DNA of 63,389 bases, counting the filler, from Licmophora abbreviata (lineage: Eukaryota), in NCBI GenBank assembly GCA_900291995.1. It is 20 parts of 20 records of this genome, joined end to end, with 100 filler letters (N's around TTAATTAATTAA, not from the genome) between each part and the next. Parts side by side here need not be neighbours in the genome. Positions count along the whole stretch, not along the records: positions 10,230 to 16,110 come from OLMU01002891.1; positions 16,211 to 19,393 come from OLMU01002893.1; positions 19,494 to 21,874 come from OLMU01002894.1; positions 21,975 to 24,435 come from OLMU01002895.1; 16 more parts are not named here. One strand, written 5' to 3'. Positions 11,441 through 22,206 of this stretch are shown here, one piece after another. The notes beneath the pieces were generated by a model, which made no database searches, was not told the DNA's origin, and worked only from the letters and a program-made list of their open reading frames with translations. Both the position numbers and the translations under genes were made by a program. How positions within the stretch are numbered: the first letter of the stretch is position 1; every line of letters begins with the position of its first letter.

Positions 11441-12091
11441 ATGATCGACCCCGCCCTGCACCTGACGCCCGAGTTGCTGCTCAAGGCCTATGCGACCGGG
11501 ATCTTCCCGATGTCCGAAAACCGCAACGATCCCGAGATTTTCTGGGTCGATCCGCGCCGTCGCGGCGTCTTGCCTCTGAACGGGTTCCATATCTCGCGCT
11601 CGCTGGCGCGCCGGATGCGCCAAGCGGCCTATGGCGTGAGCATGGATGCCGATTTCGCCGGGGTCCTCAACGCCTGCGCGGATCGCGAGGAAACCTGGAT
11701 AAACGCCGAAATTCACCGCCTTTACATGGAATTGCACCACATGGGCACGGCCCATTCGCTGGAAATCTGGCAGGATGGCGCCTTGGCGGGCGGCGTCTAT
11801 GGCGTGGCGATTGGCGGGGCGTTTTTCGGCGAAAGCATGTTCTCTCGCCGCACCGACGCCTCCAAACTGGCACTCGCGCATCTCACCGATCATTTGCGGC
11901 GCTGCGGCTTCAGCCTGTTCGACACGCAATTCATCACGCCGCATCTGGCGTCACTGGGCGCCGTCGAAATCAGCCGCTCAGACTATCACGCCAGATTGCG
12001 CGAGGCTCTGGACTTGCCCGCTTCGATCACCGCGCAGCCGCTCTGTGCGTCGCCTCAGTCGGTCCTGCAGCGCAACACCCAGACGTCATAA
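11441..12091 (+). CDS. aat: Leucyl/phenylalanyl-tRNA-protein transferase
   Basis: AYATGIFPM, AHSLEIW, FFGESMFS, DASKLAL, FDTQFITPHLASLGA. Confidence 0.95.
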   Translation: MIDPALHLTPELLLKAYATGIFPMSENRNDPEIFWVDPRRRGVLPLNGFHISRSLARRMRQAAYGVSMDADFAGVLNACADREETWINAEIHRLYMELHHMGTAHSLEIWQDGALAGGVYGVAIGGAFFGESMFSRRTDASKLALAHLTDHLRRCGFSLFDTQFITPHLASLGAVEISRSDYHARLREALDLPASITAQPLCASPQSVLQRNTQTS

Positions 12092-12420
12092 CGCTGATGT
12101 TCCATCGCGTTCAACGCAGGGGATGAGGCGATCATCCAGCCTTCGAAAACCGGCTGACCGCTCCTTGGATCACGTACCGAGATATAGGCGAAGGCATCTG
12201 ACGCCGCGTCCCCCGCCGGATACCGGCACTCGCCAAGCGTGACCTCCAGATTGCCAAGCTCTGCGCTTTCGCCCGTGGCCAGCATCATGTCGACCGTATC
12301 GCCGTTGATCTTGTCCAGCCCCCGCAAGGCGGCCCCGGTTCCGATCTCCACATCCTGCGCACTTGCGACAAGCGGCGCCAGGCCAAGCGCCAGCCCCAAG
12401 GCCGCTGCCCTGAGGATCAT
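12055..12420 (-). CDS. DUF2155-like exported protein
   Basis: Signal peptide, LRGLDKI, FEGWMIASSPALNAMEHQRYDVWV; usual position between aat and mlaD. Confidence 0.85.
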   Translation of the reverse strand: MILRAAALGLALGLAPLVASAQDVEIGTGAALRGLDKINGDTVDMMLATGESAELGNLEVTLGECRYPAGDAASDAFAYISVRDPRSGQPVFEGWMIASSPALNAMEHQRYDVWVLRCRTD

Positions 12421-12875
12421 TGACCGTTGCCCTCTTCGTCACCGGCCACGAATTTCATCAGCAGGGACACAAGACTGACCGACCCTTGGGTAAATTCGAT
12501 CTCGTCGCCCGGCTCGAAGGTAAAGGGCGAGCCACCCGGCAGGATTTCCACGAAATTGCCACCCAGCAACCCTTCCGAGCTGATCGCCACGGCGCTGTCA
12601 TCGGGCACGGCGATCCCTTCGGTCACGGTGAATGTGGTCTTCGCACGATAAGTCTCGGGATCGAGCACGACCGCGGTGACGCGCCCCACCTTGACCCCGG
12701 CCATGCGCACATCCGTGCCCACATCGACCCCATCTGCACTGCGGAAACTGGCGCTCAGCGGGTATTCCGTGGCCGCCCCCGACACGCCCGTGACCTGACC
12801 GGCATAGACCAGGAATCCGACAGCCACGGCCAGAACCGCGCCGCCAACGATGACTTCCGTGGTGCTTTCCGACAT
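12417..12875 (-). CDS. mlaD: Outer-membrane lipid asymmetry protein MlaD (MCE domain)
   Basis: N-terminal TM, DVRMAGVKVGRV, SEGLLGGNFVEILPG. Confidence 0.88.
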   Translation of the reverse strand: MSESTTEVIVGGAVLAVAVGFLVYAGQVTGVSGAATEYPLSASFRSADGVDVGTDVRMAGVKVGRVTAVVLDPETYRAKTTFTVTEGIAVPDDSAVAISSEGLLGGNFVEILPGGSPFTFEPGDEIEFTQGSVSLVSLLMKFVAGDEEGNGQ

Positions 12876-12888
12876 GATCCGCTTGCCT

Positions 12889-13272
12889 TTATTCCGGGGT
12901 CCAGGGTTCGTAATCGCGACGTTCGACCGGGGCAGTCCGCCGGATCGACCCGGCCGGCGCATAGGCCAGCGCGGTCCCCGTCAGGTTTTCCTCATGCGGC
13001 TTTTCCCACGGCTTGCGCGCCAGCGGCTTTTCCGACGGCACCTCGTCGAACGTGTGATGCAGCCAGCCATGCCAATCCGGGCTCACGCGGCTCGCCTCGG
13101 CTTCGCCGTTGAAGATCACCCACCGTTTCTTGCCATCGCGCGAGACGTAGAAGCTGTTGCCCTGATCGTCCTCGCCCACCTTCACGCCCTTGCGCCAGGT
13201 GTAGAACTGCGTGTTGAGCGTCTGCCCGTTCCACCATGTGACCGATCGCAGAAGGGTGTTGAGAATGCCCAT
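12889..13272 (-). CDS. NADH:ubiquinone oxidoreductase subunit NDUFA12 family protein
   Basis: [46 protein letters not shown]. Confidence 0.92.
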   Translation of the reverse strand: MGILNTLLRSVTWWNGQTLNTQFYTWRKGVKVGEDDQGNSFYVSRDGKKRWVIFNGEAEASRVSPDWHGWLHHTFDEVPSEKPLARKPWEKPHEENLTGTALAYAPAGSIRRTAPVERRDYEPWTPE

Positions 13273-13377
13273 GAAGACCTCCGATATACTGTCCCTGATA
13301 TGGCGCAATCGGCGCCAAAGGTCCAGTGCCGGTTGCATGCCCGGCCCGCGGCCGGCACGACCTTGCGGCGCCGCATG

Positions 13378-13410
13378 AAAAAGGCCCGCAAGGATGATCC
13401 CGCGGGCCTT
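13378..13410 (-). terminator. Intrinsic terminator after clpX
   Basis: Minus strand aaggcccgc...gcgggccttttt. Confidence 0.75.
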
Positions 13411-13434
13411 CATTATTGCACGGCGCGGTCCGGC

Positions 13435-14697
13435 TCAGCTGGCCGACGTCGCCTCTTTTTTCTGGTCGGCATAGATGATCAGCGGGGCGGCATCCGAATT
13501 CACCGCCTCTTCGTTGACCACGACTTCTTCGACCCCTTCCATACCCGGAAGCTCGAACATGGTGTTCAGCAGGATATCCTCGAGGATCGAGCGCAGCCCC
13601 CGCGCACCGGTTTTACGAGCAATGGCCCGACGCGCAATCGCCGTCAGCGCATCATCGGTAAAGGTCAGTTGCGCGTTTTCCAGCTCGAACAGACGCTGAT
13701 ATTGCTTGATCAGGGCGTTTTTCGGCTCGGTCAGGATGGTGACCAGCGCCTCCTCGTCCAGATCCTCAAGCGTGGCGATCACCGGCAGACGTCCGACAAA
13801 CTCCGGAATCAGACCGAATTTCAGCAGATCCTCAGGCTCGAGATCCTTGAACACCTCGCCGGTGTTGCGCGCATCCACGTCGCGCACATCGGCACCAAAG
13901 CCCATCGCGCTGCCCTTGCCGCGCTGCGAGATGATCCGGTCAAGCCCGGCGAACGCACCGCCGCAGATGAACAGGATGTTGGTCGTGTCCACCTGCAGGA
14001 ACTCCTGCTGGGGATGCTTGCGCCCGCCTTGCGGCGGTACGGCGGCCACGGTCCCTTCCATCAGCTTCAGAAGCGCCTGCTGCACCCCCTCACCCGACAC
14101 GTCGCGGGTGATCGACGGATTTTCCGACTTGCGGGTGATCTTGTCGACTTCGTCGATATAGACGATGCCGCGCTGCGCGCGCTCCACGTTGTATTCGCTC
14201 GACTGCAGCAGCTTGAGGATGATGTTCTCGACATCCTCGCCCACATAGCCCGCCTCGGTCAGCGTGGTCGCGTCGGCCATGGTAAAGGGCACATCCAGAA
14301 TCCGCGCCAGCGTCTGCGCCAGCAAGGTCTTGCCGCAGCCCGTCGGACCGATCAGCAGGATGTTGGATTTGCTCAGTTCGATATCGTTCTTGCCCGAGTG
14401 GTTAAGGCGTTTGTAGTGGTTGTGCACCGCTACCGACAGAACCCGCTTGGCCATCGACTGACCGATCACGTAATCATCCAGAACGGCGCAGATATCCTGC
14501 GGCGTCGGAACGCCATCGGTCGATTTCAGCCCGGCGCTCTTGGTTTCTTCGCGGATGATATCCATGCACAGCTCGACGCATTCGTCGCAGATGAACACGG
14601 TCGGCCCCGCGATCAGCTTGCGCACCTCATGCTGGCTCTTGCCGCAAAAGCTGCAATACAGGGTGTTCTTGCTGTCGCTGCCAGAGTTATTCGACAT
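13435..14697 (-). CDS. clpX: ATP-dependent Clp protease ATP-binding subunit
   Basis: CSFCGK zinc finger, [31 protein letters not shown]. Confidence 0.98.
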   Translation of the reverse strand: MSNNSGSDSKNTLYCSFCGKSQHEVRKLIAGPTVFICDECVELCMDIIREETKSAGLKSTDGVPTPQDICAVLDDYVIGQSMAKRVLSVAVHNHYKRLNHSGKNDIELSKSNILLIGPTGCGKTLLAQTLARILDVPFTMADATTLTEAGYVGEDVENIILKLLQSSEYNVERAQRGIVYIDEVDKITRKSENPSITRDVSGEGVQQALLKLMEGTVAAVPPQGGRKHPQQEFLQVDTTNILFICGGAFAGLDRIISQRGKGSAMGFGADVRDVDARNTGEVFKDLEPEDLLKFGLIPEFVGRLPVIATLEDLDEEALVTILTEPKNALIKQYQRLFELENAQLTFTDDALTAIARRAIARKTGARGLRSILEDILLNTMFELPGMEGVEEVVVNEEAVNSDAAPLIIYADQKKEATSAS

Positions 14698-14838
14698 CGC
14701 GTACCTTTCGGGCCGTGCCCAGCAGTTTCCCGGCCCCTTCGGGCCGGTCTCCTCGTGTTTCCCGCCAGCTTAAGACAGGTGGTCATGCACCACAATGTCA
14801 AATTCGCTGGCCTTCCGGGAAGGCGACGCCGCCCCGGA

Positions 14839-15471
14839 TCAGCTCTTTTCGTCGTCCGTCTTGATGCGGCTTTCCACGATCTCGTCGATGAGACCCCAGT
14901 TTTTCGCTGCCTCGGGCGACATGAAATTATCCCGCTCCAGCGCATCCTCGACTTTCTTGAGGGTCTGGCCGGTATGCTTCACGTAAATCTGATTGAGCCG
15001 CTTCTTCAGCTTCAGCGTCTCTTCGGCGTGGATCATGATGTCTGTCGCCTGACCCTGATACCCGCCTGACGGCTGGTGGACCATGATTCGGCTGTTGGGC
15101 AACGAGAAGCGCATCCCCTTTTCGCCCGCCGTCAAAAGCAGCGACCCCATCGAAGCGGCCTGACCGATCACCAGCGTGCTCACCTTGGGCTTGATGTATT
15201 GCATCGTGTCGTAGATCGACAACCCGCTGGTCACCACCCCGCCGGGGCTGTTGATGTACATGCTGATTTCCTTCGACGGATTCTCCGCCTCCAGATGCAA
15301 CAACTGTGCCACGATCAGGCTCGACATGCCGTCATGCACCGGGCCGCTCACGAAGATGATCCGCTCCTTGAGCAGGCGCGAAAAGATGTCATAGGCCCGC
15401 TCGCCGCGGCTGGTCTGCTCGACCACCATCGGCACGAGGGTATTCATGTAGGTCTCATAAGGGTCTGTCAT
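14839..15471 (-). CDS. clpP: ATP-dependent Clp protease proteolytic subunit
   Basis: [35 protein letters not shown]. Confidence 0.98.
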   Translation of the reverse strand: MTDPYETYMNTLVPMVVEQTSRGERAYDIFSRLLKERIIFVSGPVHDGMSSLIVAQLLHLEAENPSKEISMYINSPGGVVTSGLSIYDTMQYIKPKVSTLVIGQAASMGSLLLTAGEKGMRFSLPNSRIMVHQPSGGYQGQATDIMIHAEETLKLKKRLNQIYVKHTGQTLKKVEDALERDNFMSPEAAKNWGLIDEIVESRIKTDDEKS

Positions 15472-15576
15472 GTCCGCCTGCCTGTCATAAAGATATGAGC
15501 TTTACCGCTCAGGTGCTAACGGAGTCTTAGTCCCGCGCCCCACACGCTGCAAGGGGCTGGCCCCGATTGTTTTGCG

Positions 15577-15604
15577 CTTGATCGCCTCAGCCACAGGGCT
15601 AGAT
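15577..15604 (+). promoter_or_regulatory. Candidate RpoH(II)-type promoter for the photolyase-like gene
   Basis: CTTG, 18 nt, CTAGAT, ending 8 nt before ATG 15613; matches the recalled Rhodobacter RpoHII consensus. Confidence 0.5.
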
Positions 15605-15612
15605 CGCGCCGC

Positions 15613-16110
15613 ATGGATGGATCGGCAACGCCCCAGAGTTTCGAACCCGCGCGCAACGCCGCGCTCGATCGGTTGCGTGTCTTCGCCCCGAAAGCCGGTG
15701 GCGATTACGCGCGGCTGCGTAATTATGATCTGGGTCCGGGCCGTCATGTGCATGTCTCGACCCTGTCTCCCTACCTGCGCCACAGGCTCATCACCGAGGA
15801 CGAGGTTCTGCGCACCGTGCTCGCCCGTCATTCGGCGCAGGCCGCCGAAAAATTCGTGCAAGAGGTGTTCTGGCGCAGCTATTGGAAAGGCTGGCTGGAA
15901 ATGCGCCCCGCCGTCTGGACCGCCTATCGCGCGGGGCTTGCCGCGGCACTCAACCGCAGCCGGGTCGAATCCGGTCTGCGACAGCGCTGGTCGGATGCCT
16001 GCAACGGTCAGACCGGCATCGACGGCTTCGATCACTGGGCGCATGAACTGATCCAGACGGGCTATCTGCACAACCATGCGCGCATGTGGTTCGCCTCGAT
16101 CTGGGTGTTC
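15613..16110 (+). CDS. Photolyase/cryptochrome FAD-binding domain protein, 3'-truncated
   Basis: STLSPYLRH, KFVQEVFWRSYWKG, TGYLHNHARMWFAS. Confidence 0.88.
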
Positions 16111-16210
16111 NNNNNNNNNNNNNNNNNNNNNNNNNNNNNNNNNNNNNNNNNNNNTTAATTAATTAANNNNNNNNNNNNNNNNNNNNNNNNNNNNNNNNNN
16201 NNNNNNNNNN

Positions 16211-16720
16211 CAGATCGCCCACGATCGCCTCGCCCACCGCCTGCTGCCACCAGCTTTCGGTCTGGCGGTCATACATGATCATGTCCGAATGGCGCAGCTT
16301 CCCCGACACCCCGAACTCCAGCAAGCGGTCCCCCGCCCGCCTGTCGAACACCAGCCCGGAATTGCACAGCGGACAGAACGTGACCGCCACCGGCACGCCC
16401 GCCACCTCATCATTGACGATCTCGTGCCATGTCAGATAGCGGATCGGATAGGCGCGCGGCACGGCACCTGCGATCTCAAGCGTGATGACCGGCTCGCGCC
16501 CGCCGATTCTCGTCTCCTCGGACGCCTCGATGACCTCCGGATCGCTCAGCGCGGGGATACCGTCCTTCGGCGGCCCGCCCGAGACGATCTCGACCCAGTT
16601 CTCGACGCTGGTGGTGGTGAAATCCGTGGTCGGCCATTCATGTTTCCAGAAGGCCGGATCGGCGGCAGCCATATGCGCGCTCACACCGAAGATCGCAAAG
16701 AAAACAGACAGACGAGGCAT
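16211..16720 (-). CDS. DUF3179-like exported protein, 3'-truncated
   Basis: Signal peptide, GGPPKDGIPAL, HEIVND, TFCPLCNS, FGVSGKL, MYDRQTESWW. Confidence 0.85.
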
Positions 16721-16840
16721 CGCGCAGAACTCCTTGCAGGACTGCCCGCAAGAATGCCCGGCCACGCGCCATCTGCACAGTAGGCCCCACGCAAACGTGA
16801 CGCGCCGTGTCATGCCCCCCCGCGCGCGACGCCGCGCCGA

Positions 16841-17650
16841 TTACCGCGCGCCCCCGTCCCTGTTCTTCATGTCCGAAATCGCCCGGTCCCACCGCCGATG
16901 CCGCAGCAACCGGCGAAAGGCGCGCTCCAGCTCAGCGGTGCCGCGCCGCTCATACCAGCGGCCATGCGCCAGGATCACCCGCTCGGGCGCCCATGCGATC
17001 ATCCGCTCCAGACTTTCGGCCAGCGCCGCCTTGTCGCGATACGCCCAACGCAATCGCGGCGGCATGCTGCCATCGCTGTCATCCACCCCCGCGATCCAGA
17101 TAATCGGCCGCGTCCAGACCGGCAGCTTCGCCGTCTCGAAAGCCTGAATGAGATCGGTCAGGATCAGCGTCCGGCTTGCGCGATGGAAAAACACCGCCTC
17201 TTGATGCAGCCTGCTGCCGCCCACGACCATCTGGTCGATCTGCCCGGCCCAGGGCGCCTCGGCCCCGTCGGCCTTCAATAGATGATCTATAACAAGCGCA
17301 TGGCCCGTCTGGGCAGCGTGCTCCGCCACCCCCGGCGCCGCCCAGCTTTGCGCGCGCGCAAACGCCTGCTGCCAATCGGGCATATGCGTATGATGCCAGC
17401 GGTTCGGCGCTATGAGATGCGCAACCGGCCCAAGCGCCTCGATCTGCGCGCGCAGCCCCGCGCTCAATCGCGTCGGCGAATGCACCCACAGATCGCCACT
17501 TTCCAGCCGGATCACCGTGGCCCTTGTGGGCACCGGCACCCCCCTGCAGCTCTGCGCCGGCCCATCAATCAGCCACAGCCCGTCCGCCACGGGCTTGAGC
17601 GTATCGAGCGGCTCATACCCCGTGGCGATATCCAAGGCGTCCGCCGGCAT
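16841..17650 (-). CDS. DUF4336-like protein (metallo-beta-lactamase-like fold)
   Basis: LWVHSP, IAPNRWHH, EAVFFH...TLILTDL, ILAHG. Confidence 0.8.
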   Translation of the reverse strand: MPADALDIATGYEPLDTLKPVADGLWLIDGPAQSCRGVPVPTRATVIRLESGDLWVHSPTRLSAGLRAQIEALGPVAHLIAPNRWHHTHMPDWQQAFARAQSWAAPGVAEHAAQTGHALVIDHLLKADGAEAPWAGQIDQMVVGGSRLHQEAVFFHRASRTLILTDLIQAFETAKLPVWTRPIIWIAGVDDSDGSMPPRLRWAYRDKAALAESLERMIAWAPERVILAHGRWYERRGTAELERAFRRLLRHRRWDRAISDMKNRDGGAR

Positions 17651-17654
17651 CGGC

Positions 17655-18203
17655 TCAGTCGGTGACCGTGACCGATTGCATCACGTCGGGCTGACCGACC
17701 ACCGCACCGTTCCGGCCCTTGCCGCGCTTGATCGCATCCACGACGTCCATGCCGCCCGTCACCTCGCCGACAACGGTATATTGCCCGTTGAGATGCGTGG
17801 CAGGCGCGAACATGATGAAGAATTGCGAATTGGCGCTGTCCGGGCTCTGGCTGCGGGCCATGCCCACCACGCCGCGCTCGAACGCCACATCCGAGAACTC
17901 GGCCTTCAGGTCAGGCCGGTCACTGCCGCCCATGCCGGCGCGGCCCATGTCGCCGCCCTCCAGCTTGCCGAACTGCACGTCGCCGGTCTGCGCCATGAAG
18001 CCCTCGATCACCCGGTGGAACACGACCCCGTCATAGGCGCCCGCCTCGGCCAGCGCAGTGATCTGCTCCACATGGCCCGGCGCCACATCCTCGAAAAGGT
18101 TGATCGTGACGGTGCCATTGGCCTCGCCCGCGATCTCGATCTGCAGGCCCGTGGCCAGCGCGGGGCTGGCCAGAAGGCTGAAAAGAACGGCCAGTTTACG
18201 CAT
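17655..18203 (-). CDS. Cyclophilin-type peptidyl-prolyl isomerase with signal peptide
   Basis: FHRVIEGFMAQTGD, MARSQSPDSANSQFFI. Confidence 0.95.
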   Translation of the reverse strand: MRKLAVLFSLLASPALATGLQIEIAGEANGTVTINLFEDVAPGHVEQITALAEAGAYDGVVFHRVIEGFMAQTGDVQFGKLEGGDMGRAGMGGSDRPDLKAEFSDVAFERGVVGMARSQSPDSANSQFFIMFAPATHLNGQYTVVGEVTGGMDVVDAIKRGKGRNGAVVGQPDVMQSVTVTD

Positions 18204-18702
18204 CTGCGGCCACCTTCACGCTGATCATCCGGTCCGGGTTCGCAGGCGGCTCGCCGCGGGTGATCGCATCGACATGCTCCATCCCCGAGATCACCCGGCC
18301 ATAGACCGTGTATTGCCCGTTGAGGAAATGGTTGTCGCTGAAATTGATGAAAAACTGGCTGTTCGCGCTGTCGGGGCTCTGGCTGCGGGCCGCGCCGATC
18401 GTGCCGCGATCATGCGGGATACGGCTGAACTCGGCCTTGAGATTGGGCAGATCGCTGCCCCCGGTGCCTGCGGCGCGCGGATTGTAATCCTTCTCCATAT
18501 TGGCATTCGCCACATCGCCGGTCTGGGCCATGAACCCGTCGATCACCCGGTGGAAGGCCACGTTGTCATACTGACCGCTGCGCGCCAGCTCCTTCATGCG
18601 CTCGCAATGGCCCGGCGCGATGTCGGGCAGCAGCTCGATCGTGACGGTGCCGTCCTTCAGCTCGATGAGGATGGTGTTCTCGGGATCCTTGATATCGGCC
18701 AT
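18196..18702 (-). CDS. Cyclophilin-type peptidyl-prolyl isomerase (cytoplasmic)
   Basis: FHRVIDGFMAQTGD, SANSQFFI, LNGQYTVYG. Confidence 0.95.
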   Translation of the reverse strand: MADIKDPENTILIELKDGTVTIELLPDIAPGHCERMKELARSGQYDNVAFHRVIDGFMAQTGDVANANMEKDYNPRAAGTGGSDLPNLKAEFSRIPHDRGTIGAARSQSPDSANSQFFINFSDNHFLNGQYTVYGRVISGMEHVDAITRGEPPANPDRMISVKVAADA

Positions 18703-18835
18703 CTGGCCCTCCTTGTCTGAGATGTCGCCAGATACCTAAGCCGTCGCCCCGCGATTGCCAAGCGCAGAGGTTGACGCCCTGCCCCCGACACGCCAATAGA
18801 GACCCCGTGTTTCGCACAGGCAGGAGGCCTCAGGC

Positions 18836-19641
18836 ATGAGCTGGAAAACCCTCGATGACATGGATCTGACCGGCAAGACCGTGCTGACCCGCGTGGATAT
18901 CAACGTGCCCATCGAGAACGGCCGCGTCACCGATGCCACCCGTATCACCCGCATCGTGCCCACGATCGAGGCCATTCTCGCCGCCGGTGGCACGCCGATG
19001 CTGATCGCCCATTTCGGCCGCCCCAAGGGCAAGGTGGTGGACGACATGTCGCTGCGCCCCGTGGTGCCCGCCCTCGAACAGGCGCTTGGCCGCAAGGTCA
19101 CCTTCATCGAAACGCTCGAGGGCGCCGAGAACCTCACCGACGAGGCCCGCGCCGCCGACGTGCTGCTCTTGGAAAACATCCGCTTCCACCCCGGCGAAGA
19201 AGCCAATGACCCCGACTTCGCCCGCCGCCTCGCAGGCCTCGGCGACATCTACTGCAACGATGCGTTTTCCGCCGCTCACCGTGCACACGCCTCGACCGAG
19301 GCGCTGGCCCACCTGATGCCCGCCTGCGCCGGTCGGCTGATGCAGGCCGAGCTTCAGGCGCTTCAGGCCGCCCTGGGCGCACCGCAGCGTCCGNNNNNNN
19401 NNNNNNNNNNNNNNNNNNNNNNNNNNNNNNNNNNNNNTTAATTAATTAANNNNNNNNNNNNNNNNNNNNNNNNNNNNNNNNNNNNNNNNNNNNCTCGGTC
19501 GCGGGTGGTGGCGATACCGTGGCCGCCTTGAACAAATCCGGCGCCGCTGCGGATTTCACCTATATCTCGACCGCCGGCGGCGCGTTTCTGGAATGGATGG
19601 AAGGCAAGGTGCTGCCCGGCGTCGCGGCCCTGGGCGGCTGA
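18836..19641 (+). CDS. pgk: Phosphoglycerate kinase, middle lost in gap 19394-19493
   Basis: [35 protein letters not shown]; after the gap [23 protein letters not shown]. Confidence 0.96.
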
Positions 19642-19801
19642 TCCCGGCCCGGTGCCCGGGGCGCGCGGCCCGGTGCCCCGCTGTTAGCGCGACCACGATT
19701 GCATCATCGCCGCCCCTCGCCTAGAACCACCGGAAATATGGTGGCGCACCACGATCTTACCGTCACCTTACCGTCACTTTTCAGTCCATGGGGATACGTT
19801 C

Positions 19802-20695
19802 ATGTCCAAGCACCGCCAGACCGAACAGGTCCGCACCGCACCCGGCTTCATCGCGGCCCTCGACCAGTCGGGCGGCTCCACCCCCAAGGCGCTGCGCCTG
19901 TACGGGATCGAGGAAGACCAATACGACAGCGAAGAACAGATGTTCGACCTCATCCACGAGATGCGCTCGCGCATCGCCCGCGCCCCCGCCTTCACCGGCG
20001 ACAAGGTGATCGGCGCGATCCTCTTCGAGATGACCATGGACCGGCAGATCGACGGCAAACCCTCGGCCACCTATCTTTGGGAAGACCGCGGCGTGGTCCC
20101 CTTCCTCAAGGTCGACAAGGGGCTGGCCGACGAACGCGATGGCGTGCAGCTGATGAAGCCGATGCCCGATCTCGACACGCTCCTCGCGCGCGCCGTCAAG
20201 GCCGGCATCTTCGGCACCAAGATGCGTTCGATCATCAACGCCGCCGATCCGGCGGGCATCAAAGCCGTGGTCGCCCAGCAATTCGAGATCGGCCGCCAGA
20301 TCCTCGGTCACGGGCTCGTGCCGATCATCGAACCCGAAGTCACCATCAGCATCACCGACAAGGCCGAGGCCGAAACGCTCCTGCGCGACGAGATCGCCGC
20401 CCATCTCGACGCCCTGCCCGACGACTGCCAGGTGATGCTCAAACTGACCCTGCCCGAAACCGACAACCTCTATGCCCCGCTGATCGCCCATCCGCGAGTG
20501 CTGCGCGTGGTGGCGCTCTCGGGCGGCTACAGCCGCGACGAGGCCAATGCCCGGCTGGCCCGCAACACAGGCATGATCGCAAGCTTCAGCCGCGCGCTCA
20601 CCGAAGGCCTGTCCGCCCAGCAATCCGACGCCGCGTTCAACGACACCATCGCGGCCTCGATCGACAGCATCCACCGCGCCTCGGTCCAGGGCTGA
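19802..20695 (+). CDS. fba: Fructose-bisphosphate aldolase class I (bacterial type)
   Basis: GFIAALDQSGGSTPKAL, FLKVDKGL, GTKMRS, PIIEPEV, ALSGGY, ASFSRAL. Confidence 0.95.
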   Translation: MSKHRQTEQVRTAPGFIAALDQSGGSTPKALRLYGIEEDQYDSEEQMFDLIHEMRSRIARAPAFTGDKVIGAILFEMTMDRQIDGKPSATYLWEDRGVVPFLKVDKGLADERDGVQLMKPMPDLDTLLARAVKAGIFGTKMRSIINAADPAGIKAVVAQQFEIGRQILGHGLVPIIEPEVTISITDKAEAETLLRDEIAAHLDALPDDCQVMLKLTLPETDNLYAPLIAHPRVLRVVALSGGYSRDEANARLARNTGMIASFSRALTEGLSAQQSDAAFNDTIAASIDSIHRASVQG

Positions 20696-20706
20696 GACCG
20701 GGCAAG

Positions 20707-20835
20707 AGGGGGCCCTGCCCCCGCCGTTGAAATCCCAAAAGGGGGATTTCAACGACTCCCCGGGATATTTACAGCCAGAAGAAACGCGCGCCGCCGCATG
20801 TTTCTTCTGGCCCCAAATATCCCCGCCGGAGGCCC
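20707..20835. repeat. REP/MITE-like intergenic double-hairpin element
   Basis: Stem cgttgaaatccc/gggatttcaacg (20725-20754) and stem gggatattt..gccagaagaaac/gtttcttctggc..aaatatccc (20762-20823). Confidence 0.7.
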
Positions 20836-20981
20836 CCGCCCGCCCCGGGCACGACGTCGGTCGGCCAGCGCCTTGCACACAGACAGAATACCGACGCGAT
20901 ACCGACGCTGATCGACCGCGGATTTTTTTGATCAAATTCTTATAGCATCCTTCCCCATGACGGATTAGCCTATACGCCGAC

Positions 20982-22108
20982 ATGTCAGGAGCCGCCCCGA
21001 TGGAGCTTGCGAACCACCCCACGATCCGTGTCGCCGCCTGCGATCTCAACGGCCAGATGCGCGGCAAGCGCGTGCCCGGCGGTTACGCCGCCAAGCTGGA
21101 TCAGGGCGCGATCCGCATGCCGCTATCGGTGCTCAACGTGGATATTTTCGGGGCCGATATCGACGGCTCTCCGCTGGTCTTCGCCTCGGGCGATGCCGAT
21201 GGCGTGCTGCATCCCACCGGGCGCGGGCCGGTACCGCTGCCCTGGCTGGACGCGCCGCAGCCGCTGGTGCCGATGGCGATGCATCATGATGACGGGCTGC
21301 CCTTCGAGGGCGATCCGCGGCACGCCCTGGTTGCGGTGCTGGACCGGTTCGGCGAGCGCGGCTGGCAGGTGATCGCCGCGACCGAGCTGGAATTCACCCT
21401 GGTCGATGACAGCGGCGAGACCCTGCACCGGGTGCGCGATCCGCGATCGGGCCGCAGGCTCGAGGCGCCGGGCATCCTGTCGATGACGCAGATGGATGCG
21501 TTCGATCCCTTCCTGACCGCTCTTTACGAGGCCTGCGCCGCCATGGGCATCCCCGCCCAGACCGCCACCAGCGAGGCCGGGATCGGCCAGTTCGAGGTGA
21601 CGCTCAACCATCAGGACGGCCTGCGCGCCGCCGATGACACATGGCTCTTCAAGACGCTCATCAAGGGGCTGGCGCATAAGCACGGCTTTTCCGCCACCTT
21701 CATGGCGAAGCCTTTCGCCAATGATGCCGGCAACGGGATGCATATGCATTTCTCGGTGATCGACGCCGAGGGGCGCAACCTCTTTGACGATGGCGGCGAG
21801 GCGGGCACTGATCTGCTGCGCGCCGCTGTCGCGGGCTGTCTGGCCGCCCTGCCCGGCTCCACGCTGGCCTTTGCNNNNNNNNNNNNNNNNNNNNNNNNNN
21901 NNNNNNNNNNNNNNNNNNTTAATTAATTAANNNNNNNNNNNNNNNNNNNNNNNNNNNNNNNNNNNNNNNNNNNNCCGATCCGATGGTCGCGCGCATCCTG
22001 CCCGAACAGCTGATCGCCAACCTCGTGATGACCAAACGGCAAGAGTTGCGCCTGATGCGCGACATCCCCACCGAAACCCAGTGGAAAACATATCTCGAGA
22101 CGGTGTAA
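20982..22108 (+). CDS. Glutamine synthetase-family protein (PuuA-like gamma-glutamyl-amine ligase), split by linker
   Basis: DLNGQMRGK, ATELEF, SEAGIGQFE, FMAKPF..AGNGMHMHFS; C-terminus ..YLETV* after the gap. Confidence 0.85.
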
Positions 22109-22206
22109 ACAGGTCGTCAGGCACACCATATCGCCTCGGGCATGCCGGGCCTTGCCCCGGCGTGTCGGCTGAGATAGCCTGAATTTGATCAAATTATGGG
22201 GTTCCC

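Noticed and set aside
12850..15069. 739-aa plus-strand ORF, and similar long antisense ORFs (4989-6953, 22908-24230, 19781-21067)
   Set aside because: Shadow ORFs opposite clpX/clpP, acs, the GS-like gene and fba, caused by GC-rich codon bias; no recognisable motifs.
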